DNA from: Trichoplax adhaerens | Lineage: Eukaryota > Animalia > Placozoa | Direction: 5' to 3' | Assembly: GCF_000150275.1 (NCBI RefSeq) | Contig: NW_002060949.1 | Location: 1,609,836 to 1,673,835, forward strand | Length of the DNA: 64,000 bases | Part shown: positions 53,101 through 64,000 of the stretch, piece by piece | Position numbering within the stretch: position 1 is the first letter of the stretch | How the letters are laid out: every line of letters starts with the position of its first letter | Program-made: the position numbers and the translations under genes | The notes under the pieces: model-generated | Told to the model about the DNA's origin: nothing | What the model saw: only the letters and a program-made list of their open reading frames with translations | Database searches by the model: none

Positions 53101-56100
53101 AGCAATGAACGATAAATCTTCGGAATCGTCTCTTTTTCTTAGCCTTACCTACATATTCAGGAATATAAGTAGCTTTTATTAGTTATAATAGTGATTGATA
53201 ATATCATCCTCTTTTTGAAGCAGTTCAGTTCTGTCTTTAATTTTTTCAAAATTAAAATAGCTTCTCAGAATCGATATCGGTTAGATATATATTTTTGATA
53301 GGTAGATATTATTGAAGCTTCATGATACTGTTATTAATGTTAAAAAAATAGGGCTATTTGAGTCAATTAATGAACTAATCTACTTTACAGTACTTAGACA
53401 AGTGTTCAAGAATGTAGTACCTGAAGTCCAAGGGTATAAAATATTATTACAATTGCATGTACCGGTATTACTAGCTAAGCAGCAGGAGTGAAAATTCTCG
53501 TTGGAGAATTGTTTTGTTGCTATTACTTAATTCAGAAAAATTTTGAAACATGCACAATTTTTTACTACGTAGTTAATGTAATAGTATCTCCTGAACTATA
53601 TTCAAGAACAATAGTGAAATTTTATAAGTAAAGGAATCAATGAGGGGATTGTCATACGAATGTGTAGTTACAAAAGTGCAACTAATGACAGGAATGGAAG
53701 ATGTCAAGGCCTTTCCTGACGGTGGTATATCGACTACGGTAATTTATAATCTACCTTGTCGCTATTTACTGGGCATATAATTTTACAGTAGTCAAAACCG
53801 TCTTTGGCGAATGAAACATATTATGCATCTCTTCGGTGCAACCTGCCGTACACTGTAAAACTGAAACTACCTTTAAAAATTAAACAGTTAGGAAGTTCAG
53901 TCTATCTTTTAGATGCAGTAATCTATGATCTAAAAACGTGGGTGAATACTGACTGGTCTTGTATCTAAATTATCACCTATACTAGCTATAACCGCCTGTT
54001 GCAAATTGAACCTACTGCTAAGCCAATCTTGTTGCAACTAGTATAGCTTATTTCTTACAATTAATCTTCTTTAATTTTGTAGGTTAGAGTTTGATATTAA
54101 TACATGTTAAGGAGAAAATTAATTCCTTCAATGCTCAACATACATTTTGTAATAGCCAGCTGTCACTTTTCTTACTGCTATAATGACCAATACGTATCTT
54201 ATAGATTTTGCCAACATCCCTGAATGATACCTTTAAAATAAAATAAAATTTACCAAATTTAGCAAGTGCAGGCATGAAGTGGAATAGTTTCGCAGTACAA
54301 TTAAACTTTATAGCATTGATTGATTTCTACAAACCAAATTACTCTGGGTACTTGAAGAAGGAAAACTGGAACCAATCTCAAAGGGTCCACGACTCCCTTT
54401 ATCGCCATATACAGAAAAATAGACTCGAGCATTGGTTCCTGATGCCCTTTTGCCATTTGTTACGAGGGAAATTTCCCATTGATCTATACGATATGAGTGG
54501 ATTGATGTAATCAGTATAAATAATGTAATACTACTGTAAAGCTCTCTATTCATGTCGATGCTAGCTAGGTCATATATCATGTTTTCATTAAGGTGATCAA
54601 TATTTTAGCTAAAGTAAATACATTCATTAACGGAGAATACGAGTACATGCAACATACTCTTTAGTACAAATCCTTTCTTAACAGGAGGTTCTTCTATTTT
54701 CTCATCTTCTACCAGATCTGTATTATTAACATTTTGCGGTGGCTTATCTACCGTCTTTCGTGGATGTTGCTGGGGCCGAGCTTGTTGACGTAGTTGTGGT
54801 TGTTGCTGTTGCTTTTCCTCTTCTAGTTGTCGTTGTTGGTGATGTTGTTGTCGTTGCTTTTGGTGTTGTCGTTGCTGTGGATTATGTTGCTCACGAACTT
54901 CAGGAGATGAATCAGAATCACTCATGACAATGACTTGCTCTTTCTTTGCTCTCTTATTCCTTTGCTGCTTTCGCTTACGAACTGTGCTTGGTTGCGGAGG
55001 CGCTACTGATGCTACTGTCGCTAATGGTACGAGTGCTTCTTCTCCGCATAATATATACTCAGGCGGGCCGTGTATTAGATCGGATATTCCAGAAACCTAA
55101 TAATTAAAAGGCCCATCGTAATGCGAAATTATTATATCTATTGCTCCTTCATTCTTGTTTTATATAATGTAATAACAGTTAAATCATTTAATTGATTAAA
55201 AAAAATTTGTAAAATGTATTTTTACAATATATAAAATAATCAATAGTAAAATTTAAAAACTTTTCACTTATACAGTACATCATGTAGGTACGATGATATA
55301 GCATGGATATAGCTAGTATAAATGACATAGGTAAATTTGGAACCATTAAATACTAATTATACTGCTCTATTATAATATCCAATCATATCAATTGTCAACA
55401 TCATCAATATTTTAGCTACTGTCTTTATTAATCAAGGTAGTCCTTTTCTCATCAGTAAAGCATAATATAAATATAAGCGTCTCTTTATTTAGTAGAACCG
55501 TTCCTAATATAAATACAGTACGACATATCGATATAAGTAGAACTCAGTCGATCGATGCTTAATTTATTATTATGCAATACTACTCCAAATATAAGTGTGG
55601 TATAGCAGCAGAAATAGATGAATTATGCACTGATATGATAATTGATACTATTTTATTATGCATTAGTTGATCTCTCATTTCTATAGCTAAACTATAGTAA
55701 GGATAAATTGACTTATTTTTATACCAATACCAATAACGCGTACTATAAAAAACATTAAAAAAAAATGAACTGCATTTTCTTTTACTTGCAACAAGGCTTA
55801 CCAATTTACCCTCAACGGTATATAATTTATGTTGACGCCCATTAACTTTCAATGAATTTGCCATGTCTTTTACTATGGCCTCATATGATTGCATCGTTCG
55901 CGGGTTAAAAAGGATTTTCACCTTATTGTGTGCGGCAGCACCATTTCGATAGATAGTAATAACTTTTGGGCGAACGTCTCGGACTAAAGTATTCACTACA
56001 GCAACTGCTCTGATTTTTTTAGTCCATGCAGGTACCGGTTCTCCTATTTCTTGTCGCTTTACATTGGGTCCAGTAGTATAACTCCATCCTTTACGTTGTT

Positions 56101-56479
56101 TCGTTTCTGAATATTCTATCTGTTTAATTTGTTTCTTAGACGAACAAACGTAGCTTTTGCCATCTTCTAACTGAGTTGTTGAATAGACGTGATGAACACC
56201 AAGTGGTGTTTGAATATTTCTCACACCAAAAGGTAATGGTACTTTCTGACTTAGATCATCCAACAAGGTATCAAATGTGCGATATCTTTGACTATTTATA
56301 GCCATCTTAACTGGTCTAAAAGTATCATCGCCATCCTTAAAAAATTGTACCATGCGAGATTTAGCGCCAACAATGGATCTTTGATACAAAGGTGGTCTTG
56401 CTGGCAAGGCAGCTGGTGCAGAATTGGAAGCGAATGATGTCTTGACTTTATCATTATTCTTCCTTTTACTTTGATCCAT
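35117..56479 (-). CDS. RP1-like / LOXHD1-like protein: tandem doublecortin (DCX) domains, polyQ, about 22 PLAT/LH2 repeats, two beta-trefoil-like units; many exons
   Basis: First coding exon has two DCX domains (VQFFKDGD...YRTFDTLLDDLSQKVPLPFGVRNIQTPLG...LEDGKSYVCSS; RPKVITIYRNG...KLYTVEGK). It splices to the Q-rich exon (about 55095-54672) and then to repeated PLAT motifs (W.I...T....AGT.A.V....YG; G.IYKIR..HD....W.L; RWLS....DG...RE). Giant exon 39252-35539; last exon ends KSLDVL* at 35119-35117. Confidence 0.88.
47997..48097 (-). other. GC-AG intron in the DCX-PLAT gene
   Basis: AAG|GCATGT is the best phase-1 donor joining ...RELILHK to D-SNLAPMV; reading on hits TAA within 5 codons. Confidence 0.7.
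54775..54892 (-). repeat. Coding CAA/CAG-rich polyglutamine tract
   Basis: QQRQHQKQRQQHHQQRQLEEEKQQQQPQLRQQARPQQH in the linker between the DCX domains and the first PLAT domain. Confidence 0.8.
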
Positions 56480-57938
56480 CTTGGATAGCAGTAATCAGTA
56501 ACGATCTGGTTAAAAAGAAATGGGGAAAATATAGGAAGGGATAATTTTTAGGATTGATAAAATTCACTAATAATACAATAGTCGATTTACCTATATTACT
56601 TTATAAATGGACTCAAAATAGGAATTGCGGCACTAATAATATATTCACTGTATTAATCTTTACAATAAAGATAGGAAATTAGTTAGTAATTCTATAAGAT
56701 TGTTAAACGTCATCATTTGATGCTTCTCATGATTGAGTCTATCATTAAAGGAATAATTGTAAAAGTATCATTCTTCTTCAACGAATATGGATAGTAATGG
56801 CGATACAGATGTTTTTATATTGTTTTTTCTCGTTGTACACTGGTTGAATTCATTATTATGTTTATAGGATGTTAATATTTCAGAATAAGCATCATACTGT
56901 ACAGTATTACTATATTATTTCATTGGATATTATTCAGTATGTCTCCTATAAGTAGTATAATTAATTCTATCATTCTTATCTGACAATACCAATCGTGAGC
57001 GGAAGTTTAGTCTTAGTGTAAAATCTCTTCAACGATTGATAATCATTGTGACTTTATCAAGATTAATATATTTAGTCGATCTCCACTAGTTTTTGGGCTT
57101 AATCAATACTATGTTACTATTCAATCCTAAGCTGATATAACGTTAAAATTCTAGGTGTATTTGGGAATATGCTTATTTATTTAAATTAAGAATCAAAATG
57201 TTATTATAAATTTAAAGCCTTAAAATAATCATTGGTATCTCAAGTTGTGATGTATACAGTACGACCAATACTTTCTATTTTAGCTAATCACTATAATAAC
57301 TGCCTATGCATTTATTCGTTATTTTATTTTGATCTCTTGATTGTTATTTCATTTACCTGCTGGTGTGTCTGTTTTATTTTGGATAATTAAGGAAGATGCT
57401 ATTGCCTTTCTTTAAATTGTTTAGTATTGTATCTTTGCCCCAGTCGGTGCTCTTCGTCACAGATTCAAAAGCAGCTAATAATGCAGGTAAGTGAGATAAA
57501 ATAGAAAAAAAAATGATCAACATCAAGACAATTGTGAAAAATATTGGAAATAGAATGATAATCGAACGACTCTACAAGTACACCTACGCTCTACCTCCTA
57601 GCCAAATTGATGATAGCTTTAGGGGAATACAAATAATGATTGTGGTATTTTTTTTATTGAATTATCGATGGTATTAAACTCATGTTTATTACTGGTTTCG
57701 AGATAGGAATTGTTATCTTTCTTTGATGGATATCGATAGTATTGTAGAAATTAGTCGATAAGAGTGGATTATTATTGAATTGTTGATTATAAATATTTCG
57801 TTATCGCCAACAAGGTCCGCTGTTAATAATCTGCGTGTATATAATATAAATCGGATGGCGATTCTCCTCCTTGGAAGACGATGGGGATGTCGTAACCTAA
57901 GTAAAATTATTGTTCCTCGATGAATTGTTACCACAGCT

Positions 57939-57951
57939 ATTACTAGGTAAC
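57939..57951. promoter_or_regulatory. Candidate RFX X-box upstream of the DCX-PLAT gene
   Basis: ATTACTAGGTAAC, one mismatch from GTTACTAGGTAAC; a second X-box-like element GTCTCCTAGGCAGC lies at 58152-58165. Confidence 0.3.
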
Positions 57952-58544
57952 GCGACTGATTGTATAAATTAGCATTTACATTATTATTATAATCATAACT
58001 ATTAGTATATACTATACGAATGAGTGTATGTATGGGCGTTTAGTACTCAGTAAGTTGTATGATTCTGACCAGTTATCATTATTTAGTAATTAATACTGTC
58101 GTAGTTTTTACTTTAATGCTCTAATTTCTATTGTTTACATTACAATAATTGGTCTCCTAGGCAGCTAGCCTATATTGCTGTCCAGTATTGTACTGTAGGC
58201 AATGCGTATTTCCTGCATACTGAATCCTATCGATAGCCATTTGGCATAACTCCCTAGTACGGTATAGCGGTGTACTATTTCTCTTCGCCCACCCGCAGTG
58301 TTTAGAAGTGCTGTATCTCTCATCTTTCTTTGAGTAGTCCCTAATTGGATCTGCAGTAGTAAAAGATGAATCTGCAGACAGCAGTCATGTACATAAAATA
58401 CGTATAGCATTTTATTATTTAGTGTCGTTGTCTTATGGCAGGTGTGATTGTAACTTTGTAAGTTGTGTTGAAGAAGAGAACTGCCCCATTGAGTTCAATA
58501 AACAGGCTAGAATGGCTTACTTATTGCTGCTCCTTCACAACAGT

Positions 58545-59390
58545 ATGGTACTACAGTACTGCGCACCCATCCTAGTACATTGGATGATTAATAATAATAA
58601 TAAAACAAGCTAAATTAAGGTAGTCATTCAAAATAATCAATAATACTCCATAATACGTAGTAAATTGTTGGACTGTACTAAGGACTACTCTGCTCGAAAA
58701 ATAGTCACTTCTTTCCAGTAGTCCGACTGTACATGTACTGTACTGAATTGCTCTGTAGCTAAACTTGTCTTCTATGTACAATTGAGTGTCATATACTTTA
58801 GCCTTATGGGTGATAACGTCAGTAAAATTGGCATTGACGCTAGAGTACAGTGTACAGTATAATTTACAGTACTGTAATCTACAGTACAGACAGTATTACG
58901 ACTTTCGCTGACCAAAATATTGATAGTGTACAGTATAGCATGGACTACTAACTGCGTACAGTATACTGTATTTTCGATTTATTTTCTAAGAACAAGCAAA
59001 TAAAAAGAGAGCAAATTACCGTTAATAAACACTCGCATAGCATGGACTACTCAAACTTTTTACTAGACTCTGCTGATAGTATCCGCGCTGCTAGCGATTA
59101 CAGCATATACCGTAAATTCCTCCATGACACAGTACAGTACTGTAAGCATGGAGTACTGTATGACTATACAGTACATAATACAGTACAGCTTCTGCTACAG
59201 GAATGCACCACATGCACTTTTGTATGATAACTACTGTACTGCAGTTGGAAAGCGAGCACTATGACTAATATGACTATGAAGGGACGGATGACGTGTCCAT
59301 TTCGTAGTAAATTAGACGTCATATTACGGTAGCGTCACGCGCACTCGCTGAATACACGTACTGTACAATGTACTGTACATTAGTACGTGT
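58545..59390. repeat. Palindromic TACAG/CTGTA low-complexity island 3 (divergent DCX-PLAT / serpin intergenic region)
   Basis: TACAGTACTGTA, TACAGTATACTGTA and TACAGTGTACAGTA clusters, plus repeated AGCATGGACTACT. Confidence 0.75.
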
Positions 59391-59450
59391 AATATTGTTA
59401 CATCACATCGCAAACATTCAGCCAACGGTGACGTGAAAGGAGCTCCAATA
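59289..59450 (+). promoter_or_regulatory. Candidate serpin promoter with clustered CRE/ATF-like sites
   Basis: TGACGTG at 59289, GACGTCA at 59315, CGTCA at 59333 and TGACGTG at 59429, just before a probable non-coding first exon (donor GTAAGT at 59493; acceptor TAG at 59835, ahead of the ATG at 59864). Confidence 0.4.
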
Positions 59451-59863
59451 ACCGCCTGGCAGAAGAATCTTGATCGAAAATAAGTTATTCAAGTAAGTAT
59501 TCAGGCTCGATAGGTAATCGATTAGATTAAAGAATATCAGAGCAAATCATCTCTTCGTGTCGATTTTGTAAGTAGTGTAGTATACATCAATTAGAACACG
59601 ATACAACAATGTACAAGTTCACGAATAGACTGTACAACCGAAACTAGCTACACCACAACAACTGCTGAGATGGTGTCATCAGAGCATAAAATGGATTCAA
59701 GAATCCATCGTAACGATCGCAATAATGAATCAAGATTTTGTTGTACTCTTTCACATTTGCTTGATACACATCTTACCTGTTGCCTACATGAATATCACGT
59801 AGATTAACTTGATGATATGATCATCTGCTCTCTAGTCACAACTACTGTACAAGAGACGCAAGA

Positions 59864-60991
59864 ATGGCCGATGGTATATCCGTGACTAAGGTAGCATGCG
59901 ATCTATTGCAATGTATGCCTCCTAAGCAAGATGTCACTCTCTCGCCTTTGAGTATTTTCACTTGCCTTGCAATGACGTATGGTGGAGCTCAAGGAAAGAC
60001 AGCCAAAGAAATGCAAAGTGTACTTCATATCGAGTCTGATAATATTCATCAAGCATTGCAGATAATTTTACGTGCTATAATAGGCTCCGACAATCAGAGT
60101 GGACATACATTTAAAGCGGCCAACAGATTATTCTTCAGTACTAACTATTCCTTGTTGCCCCAGTATCTTGACTTAACCAAAACCTTTTATAATGCCCAAC
60201 CCCAATCTGTCAATTTTAGTCACGCTGCTGAAGCCGCTGGAATTATCAATACTTGGGTTGAGAACCAGACTGCTAAGAAAATCAAAGACTTAATACCTGC
60301 TTCAGGTATTAATCCTTTGACTCGATTAATACTGGTAAACGCTCTCTATTTTAAAGGCAACTGGAGTGATAAATTTGATAAAAATCTTACTCAAAAAATG
60401 GATTTCAAGATTGATAACAGCAATAAAGTTCAAGTTCACATGATGTCCAAAACCAAGAAATTAAACTACATGGCTGATATGGATATTGGATTTCAAATGG
60501 TGGAATTGCCTTACGCCCATGATAGCTTAAGCATGTTTGTAATATTGCCCAGGGATATTGATGGCATTAATTCATTATGTAAACATATTAATAGTGCAAA
60601 CTTGCAGCAATGGATTGGTAAAATGTCCAACAATTTTAAAGTAAAACTATCCTTGCCACGTTTTAAAATGACGTTTGAGACCACGTTATCCGATGCATTG
60701 AAAAGCTTGGGAATGCATGACGCATTCAATGAATTAAGCTCAAATTTTAGTAAGATGACTGCGGCTAACGATCTTTATATTTCTGAAGTCTATCATAAGA
60801 CGTTTATAGAAGTAAATGAAGAAGGCACAGAAGCTGCTGCAGCTACTGGAGTCATGATGATGGCAAGATGTTGTCTTCCCCCAATGCCTCCTGAAGTTAT
60901 GCTAGTAGATCATCCATTCATCTTTATGATATTTGATAAATCAAGTAAAGCAGTGCTTTTTATGGGAAAAGTCTATAACCCAAAAGAATAG
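59864..60991 (+). CDS. Intracellular inhibitory serpin (clade B / leukocyte elastase inhibitor-like), single coding exon
   Basis: 375 aa, no signal peptide; SPLSI, INTWVENQT, LILVNALYFKGNW, LPRFK, hinge EEGTEAAAAT, DHPFIFMI...VLFMGKVYNP. Confidence 0.97.
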   Translation: MADGISVTKVACDLLQCMPPKQDVTLSPLSIFTCLAMTYGGAQGKTAKEMQSVLHIESDNIHQALQIILRAIIGSDNQSGHTFKAANRLFFSTNYSLLPQYLDLTKTFYNAQPQSVNFSHAAEAAGIINTWVENQTAKKIKDLIPASGINPLTRLILVNALYFKGNWSDKFDKNLTQKMDFKIDNSNKVQVHMMSKTKKLNYMADMDIGFQMVELPYAHDSLSMFVILPRDIDGINSLCKHINSANLQQWIGKMSNNFKVKLSLPRFKMTFETTLSDALKSLGMHDAFNELSSNFSKMTAANDLYISEVYHKTFIEVNEEGTEAAAATGVMMMARCCLPPMPPEVMLVDHPFIFMIFDKSSKAVLFMGKVYNPKE

Positions 60992-62650
60992 AGTTGAACA
61001 ATAGTACTACTCCCATTTGGTTTCACTTGTTTAGTATACGACCCTATGTAAAAGTTTGTTCTTTAGGAGAAGTATATACAGATCGTTTTATCGTAATACC
61101 GAAATTGTAGCTGACCTCATATAAGGTAGTAGAATAATCCTTTATCATAGCAAGTAGAAATTAGGAAAAGGAATGAAACTAATATTTAGATAAATAATTG
61201 TAGTAAATACTGACTATTTTAAAACATAATCGTTATCACTTGTAAGCCCAAAGTAGTCAATTTAAATTAACTGTAAGAAAAAATCGTATCATTGTGAAAG
61301 AATATTCATATATGCCAGCAAACCAATCAAGGTAGACACATTTAGTTTATATCGCTGTCATGTTGTTGTTTATATTTTGTTCTTATTTGATTTAAAATAA
61401 AATCTCCGACCAAGTCTGCACTGTATATGCTAAGCATCCATCAATAAAACTTTGATGCAGATTTAATAATTTCTAGAAGTAAATTATGTGAAATTTGTTT
61501 TAAAAAATTAATCAAGATATAATGGAAGGTGTAGAGCCGTTTCAGCGGCATTTTTGGACATATCACGGGGAAATGACTAAAATACTGAGTGCTTGCATGC
61601 GTAATTTGCATAACAGCGAAGTGCATTGTAAAATATCCGTGGATACTTGTACATAACGTTAGTATTTATCTATTCGTATATGTTATAGACGTTGATGAAC
61701 ATACTTGGATACCAATATATTATTACCACCAGTGATCGCAGTACAGCCAGTATTATTTAATACCATTTAGGGCCAATTAGTCGACAATAATAAAGAACTT
61801 TTCGTTATTATTTTATTAAGATAAATTACCTTAATACGATCTTGGTAGTAAATAATTTAGGATTATTAACTAAGGAATTAATTTACATACTAATTATATT
61901 TTCAGTGCGCATGAGCACGTTCTACTAGCTATACTATATACGCCTATGATTAATCTTCCTCCTTAATTAATATACCAAGTTTGTACTACATGTTCGTATA
62001 CAGTACAATATCACCATACAGAATTCTCTTCTGATAGTAAACCATATATGAATCGTAGATGGTAAGTCTGAGGATAGAAGAAGCTTCTCTATAAGAGTAT
62101 TTGAATCTTATTTGAATTAAGTAGGAATTTGTTCAGTGAATTTATATGTAATGGATGATAATTTACTGAATCTTAGCATTGGTTGACAGCTTACTACTTA
62201 GTAACTACTCCGCCGTTTGTCGATGTATGTGTATTATGTCTGCTACAATAATGTAATAATAATAATTTCAAAAGAGGCAGCGAATAAGTGTTAACGCGTT
62301 TATAGAAGAAATTTATTATATATTACTGTAATACTAATGCATGGAAGAATAATTTACTAGTGTGGCTCATTATAATTATTATCCTATTACATCTTGAAAG
62401 AGATATATGAGATATCTACAATACTCCTACAATTACAGTTGCATCTATGTGTTATTATTATAGAACCTTCAAGATAAATTATTATAATCCTGTTGGCGAT
62501 CGAGTTTGTAAAGCGAAATAGTTTCATTTTATAAACTACATGAGACTAGTTCTAATTCGGCATAAATTTAGAATTATATTTGAAATTACGTCGCCGCCTG
62601 ATATACCGTTCAAGATCTAAATCGAATTTACAAATCGAAATCTAGATAGA

Positions 62651-64000
62651 ATGGACATCACAGCTTATCAGGTAACAGAATGTAAGAATTTAGTATTATT
62701 TATTAGGATTGCTTGTCTTTTCATCAATATTATCATTAATATCTGATGATTATAACTTCATAGTATAGCTGTTAAATATACTAAATAGAGAGAAATTGCG
62801 AAGATAAAAGCCATTAAACTGGAATAAATTCACTACTGAAATGGTTACATAAAAGTTAACTGATTTGATATATGTAATGTATTCGTTTACCGATACTGTT
62901 TAGTCCGATTTGTAATGGTATGCATTTTCAACTCTGCTATGTAATCTATCAGTTTCTGGCAGCAGTATCAGCTAAAAACGTATATATATATATACTACGT
63001 AACTAAAACGATATTAGAGAAAACAACATCTTCTCATAAAGAATATCGGTTATTTCCTAGTTAGTATTGTACTACTGTACAATAGTGTGTATTGATCTAG
63101 AATAAAAGGGAAGTATTAATTAATATTATAAGAATTGGTTCATTTATGCAATCAAATTGAAAACAGTGTACGTACAATAGACTTTCAGCTTTAAATCTTT
63201 CGTATTACTATAAAATCAATCGACAGGAAGTACTTAATGGAAAACTTTATCTAGAATTTCTCTTTCCTAATATTATATTTACCAATATGTATTTTGCATC
63301 ACAGATATTAGATAGCTGATGTAATCATCTTATATTGTTAGAAAACAGGTTCTCAAGTACAAGGAAATTCTATTACACAACTAGGATGCGATCTATTAAA
63401 CAAAATAATCCCAAATCAAAATGTCGTTTTCTCACCCTTAAGTATCTTTAGCTGCCTTGCAATGACATATGCTGGGGCTCAAAGTATCACTGCTCAACAA
63501 ATAGAAAATGTATTACATATCGAAAACAACGATCAAATGACTCATGCACTAATAAAAGATGTCTTTCATGATATAAAGAATCGAGAAGATAGACATACAT
63601 GTATATTTAAATTCGCCAATACATTATTCTGTTGTAAACAATGCAGTTTGTTACCGCAATTTCTTAGTTTAGTTGAAGAGTATTACGAAGCTAAACCGCA
63701 AAGTGTAGATTTTACGAACAGCATCAAAACGGCTAAACAAATTAATTCTTGGGTCGAGAAACAGACTTATAACAAAATCAATGGTTTGATTCCAGCATCC
63801 GGTATCAATCCGTTAACAAAGTTAATATTGGTTAATGCATTATATTTCAAAGGCGATTGGAAGCATAAATTTAATAGAGACTTAACAAAGCCAATGGATT
63901 TCAAGATTGATAACAGAAATAAATTCGAAGTTCAAATGATGTCGATAACGAAAAATTTCAATTATATGGAAGATACAGATATAGGATTACAAATGGTAGA
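62651..64000 (+). CDS. Second serpin, tandem paralog, truncated by the window end
   Basis: Open frame 63342-64000 (GNSITQLGCDLL...FSPLSIFSCLAMTY...INSWVEKQT...LILVNALYFKGDW), clearly paralogous to 59864-60991. The start exon 62651-62671 (MDITAYQ|GTAACA, phase 0) is a less certain inference. Confidence 0.9.

Noticed and set aside
55580-55802. C-terminal part of the 299-aa DCX ORF as a stand-alone gene
   Set aside because: Read-through into an intron after the TTG|GTAAGC donor; the second DCX domain is completed by the exon starting near 55095.

Overview
AT-rich, intron-dense, gene-compact animal genomic DNA. The short GT-AG introns, retained U12 introns and gene content resemble a placozoan (Trichoplax-like); this taxon call is inference. 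Seven genes were assembled by hand across introns: (1) a plant-NCL-type Na+/Ca2+ exchanger-like CaCA transporter (+, 2187-7279); (2) COX5B (-, 9335-11275); (3) a band 4.1/coracle FERM+FA protein (-, 13840-21272); (4) MED23 (+, 24500-34278) with two U12-type introns, one apparently AT-AA; (5) a very large RP1/LOXHD1-like protein with 2 DCX, polyQ, about 22 PLAT and 2 beta-trefoil units (-, 35117-56479); (6,7) two tandem intracellular serpins, the second cut by the window end. The most striking unexplained structure is a set of palindromic TACAGTAC/GTACTGTA 'islands' that are dense only upstream of genes and carry NRF1-like sites, a recurring CATGGACTACT motif and many short hairpins. Most short ORFs in the supplied track are spurious or exon fragments. 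Exon boundaries were read by eye and need RNA-seq confirmation.
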